From a virus, in the IMG/VR virus record IMGVR_UViG_3300045988_064271: a stretch of 32,267 nt of DNA. One strand, 5' to 3'. Both the position numbers and the translations under genes were made by a program. Shown piece by piece: positions 6,836 through 15,735 of this stretch (position 1 is the first letter of the stretch; each line of letters starts with the position of its first letter). Under the pieces are notes generated by a model. It did no database searches. It was given only the letters and a program-made list of their open reading frames with translations, and had not been told where the DNA came from.

Positions 6836-9588
6836 GCGAATTGCACCCCCATTCCCCGCAGTCCGCGGCCTAGTTCTCTCTGGTCCATCACGATGGTGAA
6901 CGTGATCCCGGATGCGGCAGCTTTTACGACCTGTGCCAGCTGGTTATAATCAAATTTTGTAGCTTTTGCAGATGTCGTGGCTTGCAAAGATTTCTGCGCG
7001 GTTACATTTGGATTGAAACCCGCACCGATAACTGCGTCAGCTGCGCCAGCCAGTTCTGTGGCTGCCGTTCGCACCATGGCGCGTCTGTTCAGCATACCGA
7101 TGGCGAGACCTTCGGCAATGTACTGACCGTTTCGCATCTGCAGTCTGGACGGCGAAGCAACTTCCTGTTTTTTGCGGATTGCTTCGTCTGCTGCCGACGC
7201 CAGTGCATGCGCAGCATTTCTGACAATAGTCAGCGCATTTCGCATCCCGTGCGCCAGTCCTGCTCCGATATTGTATCCGGTACTGTACAGCGAAACGCTT
7301 CCGGCTCCGCTTTGTGCTGCCTGTCCCAGGGATGTACCGGCAGATCTAGCCTGTCCACTCGTCCCCTTTGCTCCGGACGCGAATGATTTTCCGGTCGAGC
7401 TTCCCTTTGCTCCGGCTTTTGGAACTTCTGCTCCCAGTCCGTTATCGATTGCAGACGACAGCATTTGTGCTGCGGTCTGGGCATCGATCTGTCCGGCTGC
7501 CAGCTTCGCCGACAGTTCTTTCGCTGTTTTTGTTCCAGAAACTCCGGCGCGATTTACCATGTCGTCGAACTGGATCAGTGCTTTTAGTTCTTCCACCGTG
7601 GTCGGGATCGCGTACTGCCCGGACTTGATGCCCTGCGTCAGATTTTCCGGGATCTTGATCCCGGCCGACTTCGCTTCGCTTACCAGTTTGTCCCACTGGC
7701 CGGATGCTATGGCTGCGGCGTTCGATTGTTTCAGATACTCTGTCCAGTACGTCGATGTGGCGGACTTTAGATCGTTATACTCCGCCTTTGCCTGCGCCAG
7801 ATCTGTGGATAGCTGCTGGCTCACGTATCCGGATTCGGCTGCTTTGTCATAGGCTTCCTGTGCCGCCTTGACTTTCTCCTGCGCTTCCGCCATTTTGATC
7901 TGGCTTTCTGTGTAGGACTCCAGTGCCTTTTTTGAATGCTCCAGGTATGCGCTCTGCAGCGCTTCCTGTTTCATTGCGTCGATTTTTTTATAAACCGCAT
8001 CGGTGGACTGATTCAGTTTGTCGGTCTCGGCATCATACGACAGCCCCAGACCTTCCACAGATCCGTTCAGTTTGTCCACGTACGCCTGGATCAGCTGCTT
8101 GTCTTGTGCGGTCTTGTTTTCTTTCTGACTTAGGGCGTCCAACTGCTGGGCGTAAAACTGCGCTGTTTCTGCCTGGCTGTTTATCGACGAAACGCTTTCG
8201 GCGTTTGCTTCGCTCATCTCTTTGGCGGCATTGGTATACTTGTGCGTGCTTTCATATGCCGAATAGATCGCACCGCCAACAACGACGGCGGCTGCGGCTG
8301 CGGCTGCGGCAGGTGCCGGAATGACCGACAGCGCCGATGCGACGCCTTTTCCCGCTCTCGTCAATGCTTTGGCTGCAGTCGATCCTTCTTCGGCTGCAGT
8401 TTTTAATTTGCTAATCCCTCCGGCCACTTTTCCGGCGGCCGAGATTGTCGGACCTGCGGCGGCAGTGATCCCTACCAGTCCGCCAGCAACGGCTTGCATC
8501 GGCTTCGGCAGTCCATTGAATGCTTCCAGTCCGGCGGTCGCCAGTTTCGCCAGTCCTGTAACGATCGGCGATATCGCTTCTGCCAGATCTCCGAGTGCCA
8601 TTTGCATTTCCAGCGTGGAGTCTTCATACTCCGCCAGCGCTTCATTGTTGTCGCGCCAGCCCTTGTACGAATCCATGAGCCCGGCTTTTGCCATGGTCTG
8701 CAGTGCGTAGTTCTGTTTTTCCGCTTCAGTCGTGCAGTTTGCCAGCCCGTTCGAGAAATTGTCTGCCCCGATCCCCAGACGGTCGAGCAGTTCGCCAAAC
8801 GGTCCCACGGCTTTTCCTGTTGCCAGGGTCTCCTGCAGTCCGTCTGCCAGCCCCTCGATTTTTAACGTGTCCGGAAACCTGGATGCAGCTCCTGCCAGTC
8901 CTTCGACTGCGATCTGCAGATTCGATGTTGTGAACCCTGCCTGCAGCAGGTTAGAAACCGCTTCAACGGATGAATCGGTCTCTCCGGAAACGGCATTGAA
9001 TGTTTTAAAAGCTTTTTCAGTCGCTCCGATCCCTACGCCTGCATCTCTGGCGTTTTGGTATAAAAACGACAGATCCCGGCGCAGTTCCTGGGTGGCTGGT
9101 ACAGCTGCAGCCGCTCCGGCGGCAAGTCCTCCTGCCGCTTTGCTGACTCCGGAGAGCTTTCCGGATAGCGAGTCGGCAGACGATGCGAACGAATCTAGCC
9201 CACTTGACGAACTTTTCAGCGCTGCGCTAGTTTCTGATGCCTTGCTTTTAAAACTGTCCAGCTGTCTTTCCGTCGCAACGATCTCTCGCTGCAGAGCGTC
9301 GTACTTTTCCTGGCCAAGTGTGCCAGCCTCAAGCTGCTGCTTCGCCTGGGCTTGCGCTTCTTTCAGACTCGACAGCTTTTTTTCTGTGCCGTCGATGGCA
9401 TCTTGCAAAAGTCTTTGCTTTTGCGCCAGCAGGTCAGTGTTTCCCGGGTCAAGCTTCAGCAGCCTTTCCACGTCGCGCAAAGAGGACTGCGTTTTGCTTA
9501 AATCGCTGTTTACATGTTTCAGGGCGCTTTCGAGCGGTTTGGTCTTTCCATCGATCTCGATAGTGATCCCCTTGATTCTCGATGCCAT
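6832..9588 (-). CDS. Tape measure protein
   Basis: 918 aa, Ala/Gly/Gln-rich helical protein with hydrophobic glycine-zipper segments. Lies after the G/GT chaperone. Ribosome-binding site GGAAGGAGGAG. Confidence 0.92.
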   Translation of the reverse strand: MASRIKGITIEIDGKTKPLESALKHVNSDLSKTQSSLRDVERLLKLDPGNTDLLAQKQRLLQDAIDGTEKKLSSLKEAQAQAKQQLEAGTLGQEKYDALQREIVATERQLDSFKSKASETSAALKSSSSGLDSFASSADSLSGKLSGVSKAAGGLAAGAAAAVPATQELRRDLSFLYQNARDAGVGIGATEKAFKTFNAVSGETDSSVEAVSNLLQAGFTTSNLQIAVEGLAGAASRFPDTLKIEGLADGLQETLATGKAVGPFGELLDRLGIGADNFSNGLANCTTEAEKQNYALQTMAKAGLMDSYKGWRDNNEALAEYEDSTLEMQMALGDLAEAISPIVTGLAKLATAGLEAFNGLPKPMQAVAGGLVGITAAAGPTISAAGKVAGGISKLKTAAEEGSTAAKALTRAGKGVASALSVIPAPAAAAAAAAVVVGGAIYSAYESTHKYTNAAKEMSEANAESVSSINSQAETAQFYAQQLDALSQKENKTAQDKQLIQAYVDKLNGSVEGLGLSYDAETDKLNQSTDAVYKKIDAMKQEALQSAYLEHSKKALESYTESQIKMAEAQEKVKAAQEAYDKAAESGYVSQQLSTDLAQAKAEYNDLKSATSTYWTEYLKQSNAAAIASGQWDKLVSEAKSAGIKIPENLTQGIKSGQYAIPTTVEELKALIQFDDMVNRAGVSGTKTAKELSAKLAAGQIDAQTAAQMLSSAIDNGLGAEVPKAGAKGSSTGKSFASGAKGTSGQARSAGTSLGQAAQSGAGSVSLYSTGYNIGAGLAHGMRNALTIVRNAAHALASAADEAIRKKQEVASPSRLQMRNGQYIAEGLAIGMLNRRAMVRTAATELAGAADAVIGAGFNPNVTAQKSLQATTSAKATKFDYNQLAQVVKAAASGITFTIVMDQRELGRGLRGMGVQFA

Positions 9589-9600
9589 TGCTCCTCCTTC

Positions 9601-10148
9601 CTATAGCGCGTCTATATCTGCCTGCGTTGCTATCAGTGGATATTTGTAGTCGTCGTTTTTTAATTCGACGAACATGTCATTTACCATCCCGATAGTCAGA
9701 TCGTCCAGGTCAGATATGGAAATACCGCACTGCACGCATCTAAGCATGAACAGTGCGGTATTGATTTTTCTTACTGACCTACGGTCTTTTTTTTTGATGT
9801 TGACGTCTGATGCAGGTTATCCTCCCACATTTTCATGATGGTGCCATAGGTGCCCGTGATCGCTCCGATCTCGAAGCTAGCCAGCCATTCGAAGATGTCT
9901 TCCGGCTGTTCTGGTTCTGCCTGGCGGTTACAGACGAAAATCAGATTCTCCATCATTTCCAGTTCTTCCGGTGTGAATGAAACCGAATCGTCCTTCTTTT
10001 CTTCGTCTTTCTTTTTCCCCTCGTTGCTCAGCCGTTCATACATGGCATCCATCTGCACGATGATGTCTTTTCCGAATTTCGCTCTGTAGATCCGCGGCGT
10101 TGCTGCCGACATCTTTAACTTGTGATTAGTTTCGAATATCTTGCACAT
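9601..10148 (-). CDS. Tail assembly chaperone GT-type fusion product, made by a -1 programmed frameshift at 9786..9795
   Basis: The -1 frame is open from the A9 run for about 63 codons (DRRSVRKINTALFMLRCVQCGISISDLDDLTIGMVNDMFVELKNDDYKYPLIATQADIDAL). It stops at TAG 9603..9601, just before the tape measure ribosome-binding site. Confidence 0.75.
9721..9762 (-). promoter_or_regulatory. Perfect 12-bp stem / 18-nt loop hairpin, 23 nt downstream of the slippery site
   Basis: aataccgcactg (9721..9732) is the exact reverse complement of cagtgcggtatt (9751..9762). Confidence 0.6.
9771..10148 (-). CDS. Tail assembly chaperone (G-type, zero-frame product)
   Basis: 125-aa acidic protein between the major tail protein and the tape measure. 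Ends ...TSTSKKKTVGQ with the slippery run inside. Confidence 0.8.
   Translation of the reverse strand: MCKIFETNHKLKMSAATPRIYRAKFGKDIIVQMDAMYERLSNEGKKKDEEKKDDSVSFTPEELEMMENLIFVCNRQAEPEQPEDIFEWLASFEIGAITGTYGTIMKMWEDNLHQTSTSKKKTVGQ
9786..9795 (-). promoter_or_regulatory. -1 programmed ribosomal frameshift slippery site (A_AAA_AAG within an A9G run)
   Basis: Minus strand reads TCA AAA AAA AAG ACC. The heptamer is the same as the E. coli dnaX slippery heptamer. Confidence 0.75.
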
Positions 10149-10702
10149 TATGCAGCCTCGCTTTTCTGGTATACGGATTCATACCATTTGCTGTATACGG
10201 TAGGGTCTGTGTCTTCTGTTGTTTTGCATCGGATGATTCCATCTGCGTTCGGTGCGCAGGAGATCGTCACCGTATCCGTTCCCGGCTCTACGGACTCTTC
10301 TTTTGTATCGGATCCAATGGACGGACGTGTCATAGTGCAGTTGTAGAAGCAGAACCGCGTTGCTTTGGTGTCTGTCGTGATCTCAAACAGCAGCGCGAAC
10401 GCTTTGGATGTTTTGGACGCATCTTCAAACAGCACTTTTTTTGCATCCTCAATTTCCTGCAGGACCGCTGTTCTGATTTCGTCCGTAAACAGTGCCATTT
10501 CCAGATCTCCTTCGTATCCGTTATTAGCAGCAGTCTGATAGTAGACGATGTCGTCAGCATAAAACTTGTTGATATCACCCTGCGCTTCCAGGGACAAAGA
10601 TTTTGCGCCCGGGAATTTGATCGGTGTTGCGTACGGTGCCGATGTGCTGTCAGACATCACCGCAATGTGTACGTTTTTCAGTCCAAATTTTACTTTTGCC
10701 AT
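10148..10702 (-). CDS. Major tail protein (phi13/TP901-1-like)
   Basis: 184 aa with N-terminus MAKVKFGLKNVHIA. Position is upstream of the chaperone/tape measure pair. Confidence 0.85.
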   Translation of the reverse strand: MAKVKFGLKNVHIAVMSDSTSAPYATPIKFPGAKSLSLEAQGDINKFYADDIVYYQTAANNGYEGDLEMALFTDEIRTAVLQEIEDAKKVLFEDASKTSKAFALLFEITTDTKATRFCFYNCTMTRPSIGSDTKEESVEPGTDTVTISCAPNADGIIRCKTTEDTDPTVYSKWYESVYQKSEAA

Positions 10703-10712
10703 TTTTACCTCC

Positions 10713-11018
10713 TTATAGTGTGAAATAGTAGGCTGTCATAATCAGCCTTTCTTGTTCGATATAACTCTCTTCTTTCTCCCACGGGGTATCGTTTTCCGCG
10801 AAAATCTGTTCGATCTTGCTTTCGATCTCGTGTTCTTTCTTTTCTGTGTACAGTTCCAGGATGTAGTCCGTTCTTTCCAGGTACACGATGTTGTCCGCTG
10901 CGAAATTCTCCGTCATGTCTTCGTAATACACGGCAAACGGTATCGGCGGTTTGCTCCTGTATACCCGGTACCTGATAGGAACTACTCCCTTGATCTGCTT
11001 GATAATCGTGTCGATCAT
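10713..11018 (-). CDS. Tail terminator / tail completion protein (positional call)
   Basis: 101-aa ORF between the HK97 gp10-like gene and the major tail protein. Confidence 0.5.
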   Translation of the reverse strand: MIDTIIKQIKGVVPIRYRVYRSKPPIPFAVYYEDMTENFAADNIVYLERTDYILELYTEKKEHEIESKIEQIFAENDTPWEKEESYIEQERLIMTAYYFTL

Positions 11019-11371
11019 TTTAAAATCCTCCGGAATTTTTCCGGCGCTTCTCTGGCAATCTGGTCTTCCACCGGTTTGATATGTACGATGGCGCTGACGC
11101 GTCCGCCATTTCTTTTGGCGTGACCCTTTTCCAGCAGATGCGGCAGCTGATAAACACGGTTATGCACGACGTATTTCGTGCCCTGCTTTGTTTTTGTCCA
11201 GCCTTTCCGATATTTCCCCCGGCGCTTCGGAGATGTCTGTCTCAATGTCTTTACCGCTTCATCTGCCAGTTCCTTCTTGGTATCTTCCAGGGCTTCCGTC
11301 ACTTCTTCGGTGTATTCATTCAGGCATCGCATGATTTCATTCGCCAGCTGGCTCGGTTTTATTGTACTCAT
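11015..11371 (-). CDS. HK97 gp10-family head-tail joining protein
   Basis: 118 aa. KRRGKYRKGWTKTKQG...HLLEKGHAKRNGGRV is the gp10-family pattern. Confidence 0.75.
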   Translation of the reverse strand: MSTIKPSQLANEIMRCLNEYTEEVTEALEDTKKELADEAVKTLRQTSPKRRGKYRKGWTKTKQGTKYVVHNRVYQLPHLLEKGHAKRNGGRVSAIVHIKPVEDQIAREAPEKFRRILK

Positions 11372-11691
11372 GGCTTCTCCCTCAGATAGATTTCTGTGTA
11401 TCCGTCGACTCTTCTGTACTTTCGCTCTACCGCATAGATTTTTCCGTACAGTTCTACTTCGTCAGCTCCGTTTTCTTCGTCGGTCCTAACGACGATCCCG
11501 CATACCATCCGCAGCCCTTCTCTGGCCGCTTCATAGTACTCGTTTTCGTTGATCGAAAAGATCCCACAGAACATCTCCGCTCTGATTTCAGTCTCTGGCA
11601 CATCGTTGTCCGCTGCATCCGGATCGAACTGGCGGCGAATCAGCGTGCACTCATCGTTCAGTGCCGCCTGTTTTTTTGTGCTAATTTTCAT
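11368..11691 (-). CDS. Head closure / head-tail adaptor protein
   Basis: 107 aa. Assigned by position and size in the HK97-type connector series. Confidence 0.65.
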   Translation of the reverse strand: MKISTKKQAALNDECTLIRRQFDPDAADNDVPETEIRAEMFCGIFSINENEYYEAAREGLRMVCGIVVRTDEENGADEVELYGKIYAVERKYRRVDGYTEIYLREKP

Positions 11692-11962
11692 AACTCTCCT
11701 TTTGGCTCAATGCCAGCGCCGCGCTTGCCCGGTTGTATGCAGCCTCGTATTTTTCGCCTTCGCCTTCAAAATTCATCATCCATTTGCAGTAAAACTCTGC
11801 TGCGTTGAAAACCAGCGGATTTACCAGGTCTGCATCCGTCACGTTAGCGCCGGATCGTTTCAGATCCAGCAGCGCCGCTTTGATGTAGCTCTGCACTTCT
11901 GCTTTCAGCGTATCGCTTTTGATTCGGATCCGCTTCATCATCTCCTGTACGTACTCGTCCAT
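11681..11962 (-). CDS. gp6-like head-tail connector protein
   Basis: Start moved to the ATG at 11962, which sits behind GGAGGGG. MDEYVQEMMKRIRIKSDTLKAEVQSYIKAALLDLKRSG is the typical gp6-like pattern. Confidence 0.7.
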   Translation of the reverse strand: MDEYVQEMMKRIRIKSDTLKAEVQSYIKAALLDLKRSGANVTDADLVNPLVFNAAEFYCKWMMNFEGEGEKYEAAYNRASAALALSQKESYEN

Positions 11963-11971
11963 GTGCCCCTC

Positions 11972-12010
11972 CAAAAAACAAATTTAAGAGGGCAGCCTCT
12001 GCCGCCCTCT
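11972..12010 (-). terminator. Rho-independent terminator immediately after the major capsid gene
   Basis: On the minus strand: AGAGGGCGGC-AGAG-GCTGCCCTCT (10-bp stem with one GU pair) followed by TAAATTTGTTTTTT. Confidence 0.7.
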
Positions 12011-12019
12011 GTTCATACT

Positions 12020-13153
12020 CTAGCTAGTTGCTTTCACCAGTTTTACGAACGCCTCTCCCAATGCCGGAGCACCGTCGAAGATCGCAACGCCCAGGTACTT
12101 GTTGGAGTTGGTATCGATATCGAAATCCGCTTTTACGTTTACGGACTCAGCCAGATTTGCAACGTACTTCTTCAGATCGCCCAGGTATGCCTCGTGCTCC
12201 GTTACTCTGGAATCGATCAGCACTGGGTATCCGTAAACGTAGTAGCTTCTTCCTTCGCGTGTCACGATGTCGTTTTTGGAGTTATCCTGCAGTGGCATAA
12301 AGTCCGTGTACAGGGTCTTTTTCGACATGATAAATTTTGCATTTGCGTCGTATCCGCCGCCCAGCAGTCCGATCAGTGTCTGCACGTTTGCAGCTGTCAG
12401 GCTTCCTGCCTTGGCTACGCTCACGCTGTTTGTGTCGCCCCAGGTATTTGCCTTTTCGATACCTTTTGCCTGGCTGGATCCAGTTCCGTTGATGATCATA
12501 TCGGAAATCTTGTCGGCGATAGATTCTACCAGCATGTCAACCAGCCATCCCTCGAACGCATTGATGGACATCGTTTTTACTGTGTCGGAAACCTGGATCA
12601 GTTTAGTTACTTCCCAGCCGGACAGGCTTACCTTTACCAGCGTGTCCGCTGCCGGTGTGATGCTGGCATTTTCCGTATGGATAGCCGCAGCGTTATTCGT
12701 TCCTTCAACTGCGAATGTTACATTGCCCTGAACCTGCAGCAGTGTGATCTCCTGCAGCAGCGGTGCTCTTTCTTTCAGCTTGGTGATGATCTCTTCCGCG
12801 GTCTGCGTCGGGATCACTGCTCCGGCAGAAGATGCTCCGGACGAGTATGCCGTCAGCTCTTCCGGGGAAAGTTCCTTACCCTGCAGGCGTTTAAAGAACG
12901 CCACCCTGTAGATCGCTTCCTTGTTTTCCGGATCGCCTGCCATGTTTTCGCGCGCGGAGAACGGTGCTGGCGGCTGGATGTTTGCCAGCGCGTTTAAGTT
13001 AGCAGTTTCGGTTGCTGCAACTTCAAATTCTTCGTCGAGCCTTTCCACCTGCGCTCTTTTTTCTGCGGCTTCCGCCACCTTTCCAGCATCCAGAAGCTCC
13101 TGTGCTTCTGCGATCAATGCGTTTCTTTTGTTCGTGTATTCTTTTCTATTCAT
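12020..13153 (-). CDS. Major capsid protein, HK97 family
   Basis: 377 aa with an N-terminal coiled-coil delta domain followed by an HK97-like core. Follows the prohead protease. Confidence 0.92.
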   Translation of the reverse strand: MNRKEYTNKRNALIAEAQELLDAGKVAEAAEKRAQVERLDEEFEVAATETANLNALANIQPPAPFSARENMAGDPENKEAIYRVAFFKRLQGKELSPEELTAYSSGASSAGAVIPTQTAEEIITKLKERAPLLQEITLLQVQGNVTFAVEGTNNAAAIHTENASITPAADTLVKVSLSGWEVTKLIQVSDTVKTMSINAFEGWLVDMLVESIADKISDMIINGTGSSQAKGIEKANTWGDTNSVSVAKAGSLTAANVQTLIGLLGGGYDANAKFIMSKKTLYTDFMPLQDNSKNDIVTREGRSYYVYGYPVLIDSRVTEHEAYLGDLKKYVANLAESVNVKADFDIDTNSNKYLGVAIFDGAPALGEAFVKLVKATS

Positions 13154-13796
13154 GTTTTCCCTCCAATCTTAAAATTTTTAATCTTTCCGCTTCAACGGCT
13201 TTTCCGCCTAGAGCGTTTCTTGCTCTGTTGATTTGTTCTGTTGTTAGGATCTCGCAAAATCCGTTGTACAGCCCCGGAGCCTGGGCGATCTCGTCCACGA
13301 ATCCCAGTTCGACTGCCCGCTCTGCGTTGATCCAGGTTTCTTCCTCCATCATCTGCAAAAGCGTGTCGCGTTCCATTCCAGTCTTTGCGACGTATGCGGC
13401 AGCGATCGCCTGATCGCATTCCCTCAATACGGTCGCTTCATGCTCGAATGCCTGATGATCTCCGCTTGCTCCGCCGCTGACGTTGTGAATCATCAGCATT
13501 CCAGTCGGTGCGATGCACGACTCGGCAGCACAGGCTATCACCGATGCCGCAGATCCGGCGAATCCTACGATTTCGATTTTTTTGCTTCCGGTCATCGTCA
13601 GGATCGCGTGGTAGATCTCCGATCCTGCGAATATAGATCCGCCTCCGGAATTGATCTCGAAGACGATGTCATCTCCGTCCGCTTCAGTAATCCCTGTTTT
13701 GACATCGTTCGGACAGGTGCTTTCTATCCCGAACCAATTGTAAAAGTCTTTATAATCATTCGGGATGATCGTTCCTTTGATTCCGATCCGTTTCAT
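13146..13796 (-). CDS. Prohead maturation protease, ClpP-like (S14)
   Basis: INSGGGSIFAGSEIY ... GFAGSAASVIACA ... MIHNV are ClpP-family motifs. Confidence 0.9.
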   Translation of the reverse strand: MKRIGIKGTIIPNDYKDFYNWFGIESTCPNDVKTGITEADGDDIVFEINSGGGSIFAGSEIYHAILTMTGSKKIEIVGFAGSAASVIACAAESCIAPTGMLMIHNVSGGASGDHQAFEHEATVLRECDQAIAAAYVAKTGMERDTLLQMMEEETWINAERAVELGFVDEIAQAPGLYNGFCEILTTEQINRARNALGGKAVEAERLKILRLEGKHE

Positions 13797-14959
13797 TATT
13801 CCTCACCTCCTTCCCCCTCGGTCGCCAGTCCAGTATCTTTTCTGCGCAGCGGCTTGTCTCCACCTGGAACTGGCGCGAGATTGAATGCTTCTCGCCATTC
13901 GTTCGGTGTGAGTGCTCCGCGGTCCACCATCTCCCGCATATTCAGCTTGGTGGTAATGGACGCGTGCTGCAGGTTTGCAGACTCGAAAAATATCTTGTTC
14001 CCATATCCGCGCTGACGGCGGTTGAACAATTTTCTGGTGAATTCGTTCCCCAGTTTCATCGCTACCGGCTCGATCACCTGCTCGAAGTAGGCATCCCATT
14101 CCTCTTCGTTGGCGATCGACTGCACGATTTTTTTGTTGGTATTAAAAAAATTCAGGATCCGCTCGTAGATGCGGTCCTGAACTGATGCGTTCGGCACATA
14201 ATCTTTCGGTTCTACCCTGGTGGCGTCTGTTTTGGCGTCAACGCCAGCGGCACCGAAGGTTTCTGATTCGTAGTCCAGATAGTTTTCCACGAATTCTTTT
14301 ACTCGGACCCTGGTATCTTCCGGCCGGAGCGATGTGTTGAACTTTAACAGCCAGCGGATCACCCCGCTGTTTTTGATGGCTTTTATCAGACCTTGATCCA
14401 TGACTGTCACCAGTTCCATCAATCCCACGAGTGCGGGTGCCGGAGATGTCCCGAAAATATAATTCTCTCCGTAGTCTCTGCGGATGTGGATCACGTCCTC
14501 GTATTTCACTGTCATGCGGTCGCCGTATTTCAGGGTGAAGTCCAGCCACAGCGTTCCGTTTTTCGTTACGGCTTCTGCTCCGTAGCACGGTACCGGGTAG
14601 ATTCCTGCAGGTATCCCGTTTTCGTCTCGCGCGATCATGGCAAAAGCGTTTCCGTTCAGCGTCAGCTGTGTGGCCAGCTTTTCCTGCATGTCCTGCCCAG
14701 TCATGTACTGGTTTGGTTCTTCCAGCAGGAAGCGCATGTATACTTCCGGATTTACCTCGATCTGTTTCTCGCCGTTTTTCTCCGTTTCTCGGATATGTTT
14801 TGCCAGCAGTTTCCCTATGGCAGTCACTTCCGGCCGGATGGTTGCCCGCACCAGTTCGCTCCGGTACAGTACGCCGTCGTAGGAATAGAATCCATTCTGT
14901 CCGACTGTGACCATCTGGAATTTTGATTTATTTTGTTTTCGTTTTTTGAAAAATTTCAT
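13796..14959 (-). CDS. Portal protein, HK97 family
   Basis: 387 aa. Position is upstream of the protease and capsid genes, and the pattern is typical for portals. Confidence 0.9.
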   Translation of the reverse strand: MKFFKKRKQNKSKFQMVTVGQNGFYSYDGVLYRSELVRATIRPEVTAIGKLLAKHIRETEKNGEKQIEVNPEVYMRFLLEEPNQYMTGQDMQEKLATQLTLNGNAFAMIARDENGIPAGIYPVPCYGAEAVTKNGTLWLDFTLKYGDRMTVKYEDVIHIRRDYGENYIFGTSPAPALVGLMELVTVMDQGLIKAIKNSGVIRWLLKFNTSLRPEDTRVRVKEFVENYLDYESETFGAAGVDAKTDATRVEPKDYVPNASVQDRIYERILNFFNTNKKIVQSIANEEEWDAYFEQVIEPVAMKLGNEFTRKLFNRRQRGYGNKIFFESANLQHASITTKLNMREMVDRGALTPNEWREAFNLAPVPGGDKPLRRKDTGLATEGEGGEE

Positions 14960-15726
14960 CGTTCCTCACTTTGTTTTGTTAACCTGTCAATGATTTCTTT
15001 TTCGGTTTCCGACAGTTCAAATCGTTCTCTACGTTCGGCTTCCCGCAGGCGTTCGGCTTCCCGCAGGCGTTCTGCCGCCTGGTCCGAAATCAGAAAGCCT
15101 CCTCCAAAAATCGCTTTTCTTCCTTGTGCTTCCAGTTTTGATACTTTATGTATCTCTGATGCTTCAAATGCGAAATCAACGGATCCCCGCGCCAGTTTCC
15201 CCAGCCTGGCGGCACTCGTTACATTTTCGGGGTATTCGTATTTCGGAAGTTCTTTCGTTGTCCCTGCATTTTGATCCGCCGCGCGTACTATTTCTCCCAG
15301 CGGCCCACATATTCGAACTTTAGACCCCGGCAAGTTTGTTATGAAACTTGTCGAAACCGTCGCGCCGTTTTCGTACGTCGTCCGCGCATTCGTGATGATA
15401 TAGTTCGTCTTGTCATCATACGAACTGCACAATGTCAGCGCCGGAGCAAATAGGAAGAATTTGATTTTACGATCGTTATAGAATCGTTTGATTTTGCTGA
15501 TGATTGAAAATGGTGGATTATCAATCACTATACAGTTTTCCGGGTATTCATATTTTTCGTAATCTCCCCCAGGCCAAAACGGTCTGACAATCGTTACTGC
15601 GTCGTCAATTTTCCATTCTTTTTTTACCCAGTCTTTCACCGCTTCATAAACTGCGGGCGGTGTCATGCAGTCGTCCGTAGTTTTTTCACGTTTGAATTTT
15701 TTAACGAAATCTTCATATTCGCCCAT
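14956..15726 (-). CDS. Putative N6-adenine DNA methyltransferase (NPPF motif), inserted between terL and portal
   Basis: TDDCMTPPAVYEAV near the N-terminus and CIVIDNPPFS (catalytic motif IV). The C-terminal charged tail contains AERLRE AERLRE AERRER. Confidence 0.7.
   Translation of the reverse strand: MGEYEDFVKKFKREKTTDDCMTPPAVYEAVKDWVKKEWKIDDAVTIVRPFWPGGDYEKYEYPENCIVIDNPPFSIISKIKRFYNDRKIKFFLFAPALTLCSSYDDKTNYIITNARTTYENGATVSTSFITNLPGSKVRICGPLGEIVRAADQNAGTTKELPKYEYPENVTSAARLGKLARGSVDFAFEASEIHKVSKLEAQGRKAIFGGGFLISDQAAERLREAERLREAERRERFELSETEKEIIDRLTKQSEER
15032..15072. repeat. 18-nt tandem repeat (about 2.3 copies) inside the methyltransferase 3' end
   Basis: cgttcggcttcccgcagg occurs at 15032..15049 and 15050..15067, followed by a partial third copy. 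It encodes AERLRE repeats on the minus strand. Confidence 0.9.
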
Positions 15727-15735
15727 GTGTTCCTC

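Noticed and set aside
8287-8312. GCGGCT hexanucleotide repeat in the tape measure gene
   Set aside because: It is a simple in-frame poly-Ala coding repeat (PAPAAAAAAAAVV) within a hydrophobic tape measure segment. It is not a regulatory or CRISPR-like repeat.
11549-12997. Long plus-strand ORFs antisense to the structural and early genes. Examples are 11549..12997 (482 aa), 18504..19538 (344 aa), 25637..26599 (320 aa), 8732..9649 (305 aa), 26154..26948 (264 aa), 20963..21718 (251 aa) and 7172..7852 (226 aa).
   Set aside because: They lie entirely opposite recognisable minus-strand genes. They are Ser/Cys/Arg/Phe-rich and low complexity, and they lack ribosome-binding sites and any motif. They are open antisense frames produced by codon bias.
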